A DNA stretch of 64,000 nt from Bacteroidetes bacterium UBA2364. GTDB taxonomy: Bacteria > Bacteroidota > Rhodothermia > Rhodothermales > UBA2364. The notes below the pieces were generated by a model. The model searched no databases. It worked only from the letters and a program-made list of their open reading frames with translations, and had not been told where the DNA came from. Where the stretch lies: NCBI GenBank assembly GCA_002344075.1, contig DDTM01000106.1, forward strand, positions 208-64,207, written 5' to 3'. The first letter of the stretch is position 1. Each line of letters starts with the position of its first letter. Below are positions 8,690 through 19,086 of this stretch, piece by piece. The position numbers and the translations under genes were made by a program.

Positions 8690-11509
8690 GTGGAAGCCGC
8701 CCGTTTGATAGAAGCCATAGAACAGATTCTGCCCAAAGAAAAAATCCGCTCTCGGCTAATTGATCGCTATGCGTTTGCGAGCGATGCCAGTTTTTATTAC
8801 ATGATTCCGCAAGTGGTGGTAATGCCAGACACCGTGGGCGAAATCCGATCTCTATTTGGGTTGTCGCAGCGTTTGGGGATTCCCATGACCTTTCGGGCCG
8901 CTGGAACAAGTCTTTCTGGTCAGGCCGTGACCGATGGCATTTTGGTGGACCTTAGCCGGAACTGGCGAAAACTTTGGGTGGAAGACGAGGGTTGGCGTAT
9001 CCGTGTCCAACCGGGCGTGATCGGAGGTCATGCAAACAACGTCCTAAGGCGATATGGTCGTAAAATTGGCCCAGACCCAGCCTCGATTAATGCCGCAATG
9101 ATGGGCGGTATTCTGTCTAACAATGCCAGTGGAATGTGTTGCGGTGTTGCACAAAACGCCTACCATACTCTGGAAAGCATGACGTTGGTTTTACCCAATG
9201 GCCAGTCTTTTGATACCAATGTCCCTACCTCTTATACCCGATTTGAGCGGGAGTCTAAAGACGTATTCGACGGCATCCGAAAAATCAGGCGGCAGATCAT
9301 GGAAGACCCCAAAATGGTAGAACTGATCCGGCATAAGTACCGCACCAAAAACACGGTAGGCTATAGCCTGAATGCGTTTCTTGATTACGAACACCCCTTA
9401 GACATCATTGCACGTCTTATGATTGGGGGCGAGGGCACCTTGGGTTTTATTGCCGAAGCGGTTTTGGTAACCGTACCCGATTATGCACATAAGGCAACCG
9501 GAATCTTGTTTTTCCCCGATTGCGCAAGTGCTGGTCAGGCCATCCCGATTCTACTGGAAACGGGTGCAGCAGCATTGGAATTAATGGACGGCATGGCCTT
9601 GAAGAGTATTGCCGAATTGCCCGAAGCGCCAGAAATCCTTAAAACATTGCCCGATGAGGCCGTTGGCCTGCTTTGTGAATATCATGCGCCCGATGTCTGG
9701 AGTTTAGACCGGGCGATGGAAATTGCGGATGCTTCGTTCTTGCGACTTCGCATATTGAATAAACCCAAATTCTCCCGAAACCCTGTCAACCAAGCCAAAC
9801 TTTGGAAACTTCGTAAGGGGCTGTACCCCTCTGCCGCTGCCCTACGTGGACGAGGCGAGGCGGTGTTATTGGAAGATATAACCTTTCCGGTTGAAATGCT
9901 GGGAGAAGCCATTCCTGATCTACAAGCCTTATTGCACCGACATGGATATGCAAATCCCATCATTTTTGGTCATGCCAAAGACGGAAACCTGCATTTTGTG
10001 GTATCACAGCCCTTAGAAGAAGCCGATATTGGACGATATGCCCAATTTATGGAAGAGCTTTCGGACTTGGTTTTGCTCAGGTATGGCGGCTCTCTCAAGG
10101 CAGAGCATGGTACAGGACGAAACATCGCCCCGTTTGTAGAGGCCGAGTGGGGCGGAAAGGCATATAGCATCATGAAACAGGTGAAACGACTCTTAGACCC
10201 CGACAACCTGTTGAATCCTGGTGTTATTCTGAACAACGACAAAGCCGCCCATATTCGGAACCTAAAATCTCTACCCGTTGTAGAGACGGAAGTGGATAAA
10301 TGCGTGGAATGTGGATTCTGCGAAAACCGATGCCCCAGCCGAGACTTTACCCTCTCGCCTCGCCAGCGCATTGGCATTCGGCGTGCCATAAAGCGATTGG
10401 AAGGAGCAGGTAAGCAGGAAGAAGTCCGACAATTGCGGCAAGAATACCAATTTGATGGCTTGGAAACCTGTGCAGTGGATGGCTTGTGCGCCTTAGATTG
10501 CCCTGTGGGAATCAATACTGGCGAGTTGGTGAAGCGGTTACGGCGTGAAGGGCACTCCCGCTTTGCCCAAAAGATGGCCCTTCAGGTGGCACAGTCCTTC
10601 CGGAATACGGTAAAACTTACCCGTTTGGGCTTACAAATGGGTGGACAAGTGAACCGCGTTCTGGGCCGCCGTACTATGGAACGCATAACAGGCGCGGCAA
10701 AAAAAATCAGTCATTCGCTCCCTCAATGGCCTGAACAGCTACAAAAGCCACCCGAAATCATCGCCAATACCCCTATCAAGGCAGACGCCGTTTATTTTGC
10801 CACCTGTATTACCCGTACATTGGGGGAAGGAGAGGGCGGAAAAGCCTCCTTGTTGCGTGTTTTTATCGAGGTAGCGGAACGGGCAGGAGTCTCGCTCTTC
10901 CTACCCACCAGCATTGGCGGCTATTGTTGCAGTCAGATTTTCTCGTCTAAAGGCTATACCCAAGCGCATGAATATATGGCCAACTATGTGGTCGAGGCCC
11001 TTTATCAATGGACGGAAAAAGGAAAACTGCCCGTAGTGCTGGATGTATCTTCGTGTACCCAATCCATTCGCCAGATACGTCCGGTACTTTCGCCACGCAA
11101 TCAGCGATATTTTGACTCGCTCCAGATTTATGACAGCGTAGAGTTTATCGCAGAATATCTTTTACCCCGCCTTGTCATCCGCCATAAAAAACACCGTGTG
11201 GCCCTACATCCGGTCTGCTCATTGCACAAAATGGGAACCGTTGCGGTCTTAGAGACGGTGGCCCAAGCCTGTGCCCTGCATACGTTCATCCCAGAACATG
11301 CCGGATGTTGTGGGATGGCTGGCGACCGTGGATTTGTGGTTCCGGGACTTATTCAGGCGGCTACGGCACGCGAAGTGGCCGAACTCCATGCGGGTTCTTG
11401 CGATGGATATTATGCTACGTCTCGACCTTGCGAATTGAGTCTGGGGGAAACCTCTGGCCTTCCTTTCGAGTCCATTCTCTACCTGCTCGAAGAAGCAAGC
11501 CGTCCTTAA
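8690..11509 (+). CDS. FAD-binding and (Fe-S)-binding oxidoreductase, D-lactate dehydrogenase Dld-II type (GlcD/GlcF-like fusion)
   Basis: FAD module FRAAGTSLSGQA, GEGTLGFI, GHAKDGNLH, KAEHGTGRN; 4Fe-4S motifs CVECGFCENRCP and CAVDGLCALDCP; CCG domain CCGMAGDRG. Confidence 0.88.
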   Translation: MEAARLIEAIEQILPKEKIRSRLIDRYAFASDASFYYMIPQVVVMPDTVGEIRSLFGLSQRLGIPMTFRAAGTSLSGQAVTDGILVDLSRNWRKLWVEDEGWRIRVQPGVIGGHANNVLRRYGRKIGPDPASINAAMMGGILSNNASGMCCGVAQNAYHTLESMTLVLPNGQSFDTNVPTSYTRFERESKDVFDGIRKIRRQIMEDPKMVELIRHKYRTKNTVGYSLNAFLDYEHPLDIIARLMIGGEGTLGFIAEAVLVTVPDYAHKATGILFFPDCASAGQAIPILLETGAAALELMDGMALKSIAELPEAPEILKTLPDEAVGLLCEYHAPDVWSLDRAMEIADASFLRLRILNKPKFSRNPVNQAKLWKLRKGLYPSAAALRGRGEAVLLEDITFPVEMLGEAIPDLQALLHRHGYANPIIFGHAKDGNLHFVVSQPLEEADIGRYAQFMEELSDLVLLRYGGSLKAEHGTGRNIAPFVEAEWGGKAYSIMKQVKRLLDPDNLLNPGVILNNDKAAHIRNLKSLPVVETEVDKCVECGFCENRCPSRDFTLSPRQRIGIRRAIKRLEGAGKQEEVRQLRQEYQFDGLETCAVDGLCALDCPVGINTGELVKRLRREGHSRFAQKMALQVAQSFRNTVKLTRLGLQMGGQVNRVLGRRTMERITGAAKKISHSLPQWPEQLQKPPEIIANTPIKADAVYFATCITRTLGEGEGGKASLLRVFIEVAERAGVSLFLPTSIGGYCCSQIFSSKGYTQAHEYMANYVVEALYQWTEKGKLPVVLDVSSCTQSIRQIRPVLSPRNQRYFDSLQIYDSVEFIAEYLLPRLVIRHKKHRVALHPVCSLHKMGTVAVLETVAQACALHTFIPEHAGCCGMAGDRGFVVPGLIQAATAREVAELHAGSCDGYYATSRPCELSLGETSGLPFESILYLLEEASRP

Positions 11510-11529
11510 ATCGGATTATACGAGGGATC

Positions 11530-12978
11530 ATGCGACAATTGCAATGGATGGTGCTTAAACGCTTTCCGGGGCCATTTCTGGCTGCTCTGGGGCTGTTCAT
11601 GTTCCTCATTCTGATGCAATTTCTCATGCAAAACTTGCCCAAAATCGTTGGGAAAGGCTTAGATCCCATTGTAATGTTTGAATTGATTGCATATAGTTTG
11701 GCCTATATGTTTACGTTGGCCGTACCCATGTCTATGCTGGTGGCCACACTGATTACGTTTTCAAAACTCGTCGAAACCCGCGCATGGATGGTCATCCGGA
11801 ATGCAGGGGTTTCTCTCCTACAAATTTTGTGGCCGCTGTTGGTTCTTGCGGGCTTTATAACAGCCGGTATGTGGCATTTTGCTGGCGAAGTCTTACCAGA
11901 AGCCGGGTTCCGAAGCAGCGGTCTATGGTTGGATATTGCCCGAAAAAAACCAGATTTTTTATTGGAAGAGGGAAAGTTTTATAACGGGCTTCAGGGGTAC
12001 ACCCTTCTCGTCCGGCAAAAAGCCATCTGGAGCGGCGAACTACGAGGTGTTTTCCTTTTTGATTACACCAAAGGCAACCGCCGACAGGCTACCCTTATCG
12101 CCGAAAAAGGATACCTGGCCAGTATTGGCCGAGATTTGCTCAAACTTACATTGGTAAATGGCGAACTTCACCGTAATATTCAGGACCCCCCTATACGATA
12201 CGAGCGGGTACAGTTCCATAAATATGAGACCACATTCGATACCTCGGACCTGATGTTCCGCAGAGAAAACAAAGAAGGGATTCGAGGAGACCGCACCATC
12301 GCCGTTTCGCGCATTAATACCATTGTGGATTCCATGCAGGCAGAACTCCGGAGAAAAGAAAGGGACTTTTTCCATGACCTCCAACGCGGAGTAAACTTAA
12401 ACCAGAAAGTGGACGCCCTCGCTACATTTGAACTACAGACCCTTCTTGATTCGGTGAAGGTTGCAGATGCACCCACCACCCGTCGCATACTCCGAGGGCT
12501 TTCTCCGAAAAATAAGCAGCAAGTCTATCAGAAAGCCATTCAATCTGCCCAACAACGGGTCTCCATGATTTCGGTGGAGCAAAGTAATTTTAAGTTTCAA
12601 CAACAACGCATAGATGAATACATAGTAGAAGTCTATAAAAAACGAACGATGGCCATTGCCTGTTTTGTTTTTGTCTTGCTTGGCGCTCCTTTGGGCCTGA
12701 TCATCCGGCGGGGCGGCTTGGGGGTAGTGGCAGCCATAGCAGGTATTTTGTTTATGCTCTTCTGGTTTGGCATGGTAAACGGCGAAAAATTGGCCGATCG
12801 TGGTTTTGTACCACCCATTATGATGTGGGCAAGTACCACCATTATGAGTAGCTTGGCCATTTTTCTGCTATTGCGCCACCAGTTTGGACACCTTGGGATC
12901 CCGATTCGTCGCTATCTGCAACATATTCCCTTGCCGCATCTCCCACGCCGCAAAAAAAGCCCTCCCATTCCTTCTTAA
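11530..12978 (+). CDS. LptF/LptG family LPS export permease
   Basis: Three N-terminal TMs (LAVPMSMLVATLITFSKL), a periplasmic beta region, then KKRTMAIACFVFVLLGAPLG and three C-terminal TMs. The ATG at 11530 is preferred over the start at 11305. Confidence 0.88.
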   Translation: MRQLQWMVLKRFPGPFLAALGLFMFLILMQFLMQNLPKIVGKGLDPIVMFELIAYSLAYMFTLAVPMSMLVATLITFSKLVETRAWMVIRNAGVSLLQILWPLLVLAGFITAGMWHFAGEVLPEAGFRSSGLWLDIARKKPDFLLEEGKFYNGLQGYTLLVRQKAIWSGELRGVFLFDYTKGNRRQATLIAEKGYLASIGRDLLKLTLVNGELHRNIQDPPIRYERVQFHKYETTFDTSDLMFRRENKEGIRGDRTIAVSRINTIVDSMQAELRRKERDFFHDLQRGVNLNQKVDALATFELQTLLDSVKVADAPTTRRILRGLSPKNKQQVYQKAIQSAQQRVSMISVEQSNFKFQQQRIDEYIVEVYKKRTMAIACFVFVLLGAPLGLIIRRGGLGVVAAIAGILFMLFWFGMVNGEKLADRGFVPPIMMWASTTIMSSLAIFLLLRHQFGHLGIPIRRYLQHIPLPHLPRRKKSPPIPS

Positions 12979-12990
12979 CCCTTTAACAGC

Positions 12991-13662
12991 GTGCTGTATA
13001 TTGTCCCTACGCCCATTGGCAACCTCGAAGACATTACCTTACGGGCGTTGCGCATTCTCCGCGAAGCCGATGTGGTGGCTTGTGAAGACACCCGAACTTC
13101 CGGTGTTTTGCTACAACATTACCAAATCGAAACGTCACGTACCAGTTTTCATGCGTTTAACGAAGCAGCAAAGGCCGACCACCTGATCGCACGAATCCAG
13201 CGCGGGGAAACTGTAGCCCTGATTTCGGATGCCGGAACGCCGGGAATTTCGGATCCGGGGTTTTCTTTAGTCCGTGCAGCCATTCAGGCCGGAGTCTCTG
13301 TAGAGGTATTGCCCGGAGCCACCGCATTTGTACCGGCCCTTGTCGCATCCGGCCTTCCCTCCGACCGCTTTGTATTTGAGGGGTTTCTACCTGTCAAAAA
13401 AGGCCGTCAAACACGAATGAAGGCCCTGGTGGAAGAAAGCCGAACGATGGTGTTTTATGAATCCCCACACCGCATTCAAAAAACCTTAGATGGATTTATA
13501 ACCTTGTTTGGCCCCGACCGCCCTGCCTGTGTGGCCCGCGAATTGTCAAAAAAATTCGAGGAGGTGGTACGTGGGAGCTTGTCTTCTGTGCGTGTACATT
13601 TTAGCCAAGAAGCCAAAGTCCGGGGAGAATTTGTCCTCATCATCGGTGGCAAGACAGGATAG
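12991..13662 (+). CDS. rsmI: 16S rRNA C1402 2'-O-methyltransferase
   Basis: Motifs LYIVPTPIGNLEDIT, ACEDTRTS, SDAGTPGISDPG and FYESPHRI. Confidence 0.95.
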   Translation: MLYIVPTPIGNLEDITLRALRILREADVVACEDTRTSGVLLQHYQIETSRTSFHAFNEAAKADHLIARIQRGETVALISDAGTPGISDPGFSLVRAAIQAGVSVEVLPGATAFVPALVASGLPSDRFVFEGFLPVKKGRQTRMKALVEESRTMVFYESPHRIQKTLDGFITLFGPDRPACVARELSKKFEEVVRGSLSSVRVHFSQEAKVRGEFVLIIGGKTG

Positions 13663-13820
13663 ATTGCCCTATATCACGAACATGTCTTTCTTTTGAAAAA
13701 GCCATTTGAATGCTTTGGACGGCAAACGGCATATTTAAAATACCAACTGTGCTATCGTGGCTTCCTGCAAACATTTGTGCTTGAACAACCCTCGACTGCA
13801 ATTTGTTACCGTTACGGCAT

Positions 13821-14335
13821 ATGGATCTTTATACCATTCATTGGACTGAACAATGGGTGAATGCGGAATCGCTCAAGTTGTATTTTATTATTGGAAAAAT
13901 GGTTGACGAAGAAAAGCCCAAAAGCGCAAATGGGGTACTAAAGTTTTAGATATACTATCGGAGAGGGTACAACAAGAACTTCTTGGATTAAGAGGGTTTT
14001 TGGGTGAAAATCTAAAACGAATGCGACCCTTTTATACTGAATGGAGTGATTCCGACTATCTTCGATTGTCCGAAACTACCGATAATGTGAATTCAATGAA
14101 ACCAATTCGGTTGTCAGTGACCACCCAATTACAAGACGCTACAAAACCGGCTAATTTTGAAAACATTAAATTGAATTTTGAAAATTTCAACGCGATTTCC
14201 TTTACGCATCACTTTGAGATTCTCACAAAAGTTAAAAGTGAAAACCACCGCTGGTATTACATACATCAGACGGCTTACCAAGCATTATTTGACACGATGA
14301 AAAGAATACTCGATAACACGAGAATAGCACAATAA
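13821..14335 (+). pseudogene. Frameshifted, truncated YhcG/DUF1016 N-terminal remnant
   Basis: Frame 1 gives VNAESLKLYFIIGKMVDEE. A 1-nt shift in the A-run near 13912-13915 continues as KAQKRKWGTKVLDILSERVQQELLGLRGFLGENLKRMRPFYTEW...ISFTHHFEILTKVKSENHRWYY. It stops at 14335 without a nuclease domain. Confidence 0.7.
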
Positions 14336-14454
14336 GCAAAAACCGTCATCAGACCATCCACATTGATATGCCTCATTCTTCTCCTGAGTTTACCAAAGGG
14401 GACCCAATATCATACCTGCCTTTTCCCCTAAGACCCGTTTTTACACCCCAACAA

Positions 14455-14491
14455 ATGCGACAATGATGCGACATACATGCGACAATGATGC
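14455..14491. repeat. 11-bp tandem repeat
   Basis: ATGCGACAATG ATGCGACATAC ATGCGACAATG ATGC. Confidence 0.7.
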
Positions 14492-14749
14492 AATGAGGCT
14501 TTACTCCTACCATCACAATGTATTATTATCCATTACGAATCCCGTTATGAATGGGCAAAAATCACCTCTCAAACGCATCTCTCGTGGGTTAAACGTGGCG
14601 GTATCCGTTCTGGGCCGCCATCGTTTTTATATACCATCATGGCTTCTTGCGCTATTACAACCTTGCACCATCCGGCAGTTCAGTCTTGTTTACGGTACAG
14701 GTCTGACGTAACTTCTTTGTCTTAAAGCACACCTTCTGAGATATAGTTT

Positions 14750-15112
14750 ATGCCCACTTCCGATTTTTACGAACGAGTTTATGCCGTAGCACGCCAAGTG
14801 CCCTTCGGCAATGTCACCACCTATGGCCATATCGCCCGGTATTTGGGTACGGGGCAGTCCGCAAGGGTAGTAGGATGGGCATTAAACCAATGTCCACCTG
14901 ATGTTCCGGCGCATCGTGTGGTAAACCGTTTTGGCGGTTTGTCTGGTGCGCTTCATTTTGGTGGGCCTTTTGTTATGGAAGATCGCCTCAGATCTGAGGG
15001 CATACACTTTACCGAGGGCGGCCTGGTTCTGCTGACGCAACACCTTTGGGATCCAACGGTGCATTTGGACTCACCCAAACCCATTCACTTATCCAATAAA
15101 ACCGATGAATAG
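14750..15112 (+). CDS. Alkyltransferase-like (ATL, MGMT family) protein
   Basis: Motifs VPFGNVTTYGHIA, ARVVGWAL and PAHRVVN (Ala replaces the active-site Cys of PCHRV). Confidence 0.88.
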   Translation: MPTSDFYERVYAVARQVPFGNVTTYGHIARYLGTGQSARVVGWALNQCPPDVPAHRVVNRFGGLSGALHFGGPFVMEDRLRSEGIHFTEGGLVLLTQHLWDPTVHLDSPKPIHLSNKTDE

Positions 15113-15467
15113 AATAGAACAGTTTCGATTGTACAGAGATCGGATGAATAAGCGCATTTTGGAGCAAGGCTCACACTTGGGCATTAAGCGTGTTTATAAT
15201 TTAGACACCAATGCCTATCGAGATGGCGCGTTGTCCAGTCAGACCAAGGAGTTACTGGGTTTGGTGGCCTCGATGGTGCTCCGGTGCAATGACTGTATTG
15301 ATTATCACCTGATACAGTGTATTGAGGCGGGTTTTACGAATGAAGAATTAGAAGATGCCATGAATGTGGCGCTTGTAGTGGGTGGTACGATTGTGATCCC
15401 TCACCTTCGTCATGCCTACGAGACCATAGACCTACTCCGCGCCGAGAGATCGCAACAACTGGCCTAA
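15105..15467 (+). CDS. Carboxymuconolactone decarboxylase/AhpD family protein
   Basis: KELLGLVASMVLRCNDCIDYH (CxxC); overlaps the upstream stop. Confidence 0.85.
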   Translation: MNRIEQFRLYRDRMNKRILEQGSHLGIKRVYNLDTNAYRDGALSSQTKELLGLVASMVLRCNDCIDYHLIQCIEAGFTNEELEDAMNVALVVGGTIVIPHLRHAYETIDLLRAERSQQLA

Positions 15468-15469
15468 AA

Positions 15470-16420
15470 TCAGCCGGAGTGGTGTAATTTTCGACAAATA
15501 GGGCAATAATCAGCCGGAGCATTCCCATTGACATCTAATGGAATATCTGCGGGGATATCGGTGGTTCTAATAGTCTTGGGCAAAGGCGACTTCTCCCCCA
15601 GTAGTTCATCAATCCGCACCAACTGATATTCTTTTTTCTGGAGCCATGTCACCAATTCGCCCAGTCGTTTATAAAATTTGTCGGTTCTTTCTGGAGCGGT
15701 TCCCATGTGTATCAACATGATAAAGCCATTAAAGCCATCCGGATCGGATTGTTCATACGCCTTAATGCTTTCCAAAATGGCCTCACTGCTTTTGTAATTG
15801 GGCATTTTGGGCGTTGTATAATCGGCATTGGAACGACTTCCGGGCGTTATAGCAATTAATTTCAGTCCAAGCTCTTGTGTCCACTGGGCAATAGAAACAT
15901 CATACCATTCATAAGGAGGGAGAAAGTAAGGGGCAGCCGCTTTCTGAATGCCAAATTTCTCCATGGCTTTATAATTTTCTAACAAGTCCAAAGTCATCTC
16001 TTGTTTCCCAATAATCAAGCTATCGCCAAAACCATATTCCAAGTGCTGATCGGAGTGCGCACCCAGATAATGTCCGTCTTCCTTTAGCCCCAGAATCAGC
16101 GCATGTCGTGTGGTGTCCCGATAAAAGCGGCCCGTCAAGAAAAAAGAAGCCTTTACGCGGTGTTTTGCAAGGGCTTTACGAACAATGTCTCCGCCTTCCG
16201 CAAACCGGTCTGCCGAGATGATAAGGGCTATTTTTTTTTGGCTCCGATCCCCGCGAATGAGGGTCTCTTTGATGCGGGTAAACCCAGCAGTAGGTTTTTC
16301 GGTAGTAACGGGTTGGGGGGATGAAGGGCTTGGTGATGGCTGAGGCGGGTTACAGGCTAACATACCAAAGAAAACCCAGAACGTAAACCATATCGTTTTA
16401 TGTATATTCAACAGTTCCAT
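15470..16420 (-). CDS. Polysaccharide deacetylase family (CE4-like) lipoprotein
   Basis: Lipobox GMLAC; ASFFLTG, GAHSDQH, FLPPYEWY and IMLIH motifs. The start at 16420 is approximate. Confidence 0.8.
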   Translation of the reverse strand: MELLNIHKTIWFTFWVFFGMLACNPPQPSPSPSSPQPVTTEKPTAGFTRIKETLIRGDRSQKKIALIISADRFAEGGDIVRKALAKHRVKASFFLTGRFYRDTTRHALILGLKEDGHYLGAHSDQHLEYGFGDSLIIGKQEMTLDLLENYKAMEKFGIQKAAAPYFLPPYEWYDVSIAQWTQELGLKLIAITPGSRSNADYTTPKMPNYKSSEAILESIKAYEQSDPDGFNGFIMLIHMGTAPERTDKFYKRLGELVTWLQKKEYQLVRIDELLGEKSPLPKTIRTTDIPADIPLDVNGNAPADYCPICRKLHHSG

Positions 16421-16642
16421 AAAGTTGTATCGGATGATAGTGTGCAACTTGTACGATTTCGGAAACCGTCTATAAGAGCCACTTTAGGACAGAGACGGCG
16501 CTATTTTGTCAAAAAACCAATGCCTCATATGCCCAAGCTGCTATTGTCCTTGGATGCAAATGGAGGCCATTGGTCTAAAACGATAAGGAAAAAATCCATC
16601 CAACCCGTAGGATGTGGGACACCACTTAGTGCGCTCGGCAGT

Positions 16643-17485
16643 TTATCCGCCAAAACAGCGTTCGGCAGCAAGCACACCCCGCTCAAAGATAGGGTCCCTG
16701 TCTTCTGTAAAGCCCAGAATACTGATGTCGTGTACATCCGGCTCAATAAGTAAATCTGGTGGTGCGAGTTGTAAATACAAGTGTTCGACTTGCTGGATCA
16801 TCAAATCCAAGGAGCGTTCCAAAACACGCAAACTCAGCGGGGTTCGACGCACGAGACGGTGTTTGATGGCTTCTTTCCATGAAATCTCCCCGTCGCGGTC
16901 GTCGTCTGCGTCTTCCTCGCCCAATACACGCCAATCATTGCGGTTAAACAGCCTGACAGCAATGGTTTGGGTTGCTCCGTTATCAAGCAAGACGCGAACC
17001 GGCAGGTTATTAAACAAGCCCCCATCAATCAGCCAGCGGCCTCCAATTTGTACTGGCGCAAAGATACCGGGTACAGCGGTGGATGCCAATACTGCTGGCG
17101 CCAGTTGTCCGGAACTTACCACCACTTCCTCGCCCTTCTCTATGTCGGTACACATGACGAAAAACGGCGTAGGCAAGTCTTCGAAGCGGCCATACGGGAG
17201 CGTAAACCGCAAAAAATCCCCCAAACCTTCCACATCAATTAAGCCTTTTCCGTCTAAACGGATGCTCATTAGTTCTAGCAAGTCTTGGGTCATAAAAACC
17301 TGCCGGATTTCCTCTACAGGCATTCCGGCGGCATAAAACACCCCCACCAATGCCCCGATACTACACCCTGCCACCAAGTCCGGCTTTATCCCCTGTTTTT
17401 CCAGTACCGAAAGTGCGCCCAAGTGTGCCAAGCCTTTCATCCCACCCCCGCCGAGGGCCAATCCTATTTTGGGTTGTATGTTCAT
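16643..17485 (-). CDS. Patatin-like phospholipase
   Basis: GGGGMKG, GCSIG nucleophile elbow and DGG motif. Confidence 0.92.
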   Translation of the reverse strand: MNIQPKIGLALGGGGMKGLAHLGALSVLEKQGIKPDLVAGCSIGALVGVFYAAGMPVEEIRQVFMTQDLLELMSIRLDGKGLIDVEGLGDFLRFTLPYGRFEDLPTPFFVMCTDIEKGEEVVVSSGQLAPAVLASTAVPGIFAPVQIGGRWLIDGGLFNNLPVRVLLDNGATQTIAVRLFNRNDWRVLGEEDADDDRDGEISWKEAIKHRLVRRTPLSLRVLERSLDLMIQQVEHLYLQLAPPDLLIEPDVHDISILGFTEDRDPIFERGVLAAERCFGG

Positions 17486-17490
17486 TTTAG

Positions 17491-18948
17491 TTATGCCTTC
17501 GCTTTCCGCCAGACCTTAAAGTACACCAGGGTTCCGATGGAAAGCAGAATAAGTCCAGCCACAGGCTCGGTATTCAACAAGCTAAAGATAGCGCTTCCCC
17601 ACTCGCCGTTGCCAAAATGTGTACCCGCTTCAGCGAATTTTTTGGCTGGGTTCACAATTAAGGAATTAAGTACAAAAGCAAAAGCGACAATACAGAAGAA
17701 GGCAGGAATAAGCGGGTAGAGTGGCACTTTATAGGGGCGGGCCGCATCGGCCAACTTTTTCCGGAAAACAAAAACCGAGAGGCCGGTAAGACCATAGAAA
17801 ATCCAGTCCACAAATGTCACATAATCTATCAAATTTTCGAATGCGCCCCAGAAAAGGAGGAGCACAATGGCCCAAATGGATTGAATGACAATGGCATTGG
17901 CAGGCGTTTTGTAGGTAGGGTGAATCTCGGCGAGTTTTTTGAAGAACAACCCATCATCTGCCATTGCAAAATAGATACGCGGGCAAGATAAAATATAAAT
18001 TCCCGTCGTCCCTAAAACAGAAATACAGATCAGCAGGGAAATCCACTTGGCCGCTCCCGGAAATACCACCGAGACCATATCGGCAGCAATTTGTTTAGAC
18101 TGGGTTACGATTTCCATCGGGAGTATCTTGAGATAGGCAACATTAATTAACAAATAAACGGTGGTGATCACAATTGCCCCGATAATCATGGCACGCGGTA
18201 CGGTCCGAGAGGGGTCTTTGGCCTCGCCCACCACAAACGTGGTATGTTGCCAACCGCCATAAGACCACAACACCCCGACCAAGCCCGTAAGCATGGCCGT
18301 CACAATGCCAAACCCGACGGGCATGGACGGCTGTACAGCACCAGCGGATCTTACCTGATCCAACATGGCTCCCGTAAGATTGGGATCTGGAATAAAAAAC
18401 AGGCCAATGACAATTACAGCCGCAATACCAACCAATTTGGTAGTGGTAAAGACATTGGTAAAGAGCTTGGATAAATCCACACCAAAGACATTAATCAGGG
18501 TAAGGACAATCAGGGTTCCGATCTGGATGACTAAGGGTACGGTGACCTGGATAGGTCCAATAGAAAACAAGACTTCTTGGGAGATGGGCACGACATATTT
18601 CAAAAAATCCGTGAACACAACAACCAGCCCGGCGATGGAACCCGTATTGGTCACCACAAGCAGAGACCAACCATACAAAAAACCAGCCAAGTCTCCAAAA
18701 GCTTCTCGGATATACACGTACATGCCGCCACGCTTGGTAAACAGGGTTCCTAACTCGGCAAAAGTGAGCGCACCCGTGAGGGTAACGAGGCCCCCTAGCA
18801 ACCAAACCCCAATAATCAGGGTATGATCGGGCAAGAAAGCCCCTACTTTGGTTCCTGCGGCGCGAAAAATACCGCTCCCAATGGCTGCACCGATGGCAAT
18901 CATGGTGAGGCTAAAGAGCGTGAGGCTTTTTTTAAACTCTTGAGACAT
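17491..18948 (-). CDS. APC family amino acid permease
   Basis: Motifs GAAIGSGIF, FAELGT, YGGWQ and PRIYFAMADDG; about 12 TMs. The ATG at 18948 is preferred. Confidence 0.9.
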   Translation of the reverse strand: MSQEFKKSLTLFSLTMIAIGAAIGSGIFRAAGTKVGAFLPDHTLIIGVWLLGGLVTLTGALTFAELGTLFTKRGGMYVYIREAFGDLAGFLYGWSLLVVTNTGSIAGLVVVFTDFLKYVVPISQEVLFSIGPIQVTVPLVIQIGTLIVLTLINVFGVDLSKLFTNVFTTTKLVGIAAVIVIGLFFIPDPNLTGAMLDQVRSAGAVQPSMPVGFGIVTAMLTGLVGVLWSYGGWQHTTFVVGEAKDPSRTVPRAMIIGAIVITTVYLLINVAYLKILPMEIVTQSKQIAADMVSVVFPGAAKWISLLICISVLGTTGIYILSCPRIYFAMADDGLFFKKLAEIHPTYKTPANAIVIQSIWAIVLLLFWGAFENLIDYVTFVDWIFYGLTGLSVFVFRKKLADAARPYKVPLYPLIPAFFCIVAFAFVLNSLIVNPAKKFAEAGTHFGNGEWGSAIFSLLNTEPVAGLILLSIGTLVYFKVWRKAKA

Positions 18949-19086
18949 GTATTTACGGGGATCAATGGATGAATAGATCATATGAAGATAATGTAATGCA
19001 ACCATCCTCATCAACTTCACTGGGTATATTCTACCAAATAAAGCCTATTATTCAGGTATTGGGTCACCGAATCCCCTTTTACGCTC

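Noticed and set aside
11305-11529. N-terminal extensions from upstream alternative starts (LptF/G, PAS-LuxR, HIT, dnaX, permease, GT-C)
   Set aside because: They overlap neighbouring genes or promoter DNA, and family homology begins at the downstream ATGs.
14463-14711. 82-aa ORF between the YhcG remnant and the ATL gene
   Set aside because: It starts inside the tandem repeat and has no recognisable motif.
16614-17336. Long antisense or alternative-frame ORFs (this one, 32362-32943, 33530-34033, 57894-58565, 61307-61924 and others)
   Set aside because: They fully overlap well-supported genes and have no domain signatures, so they are shadow ORFs.
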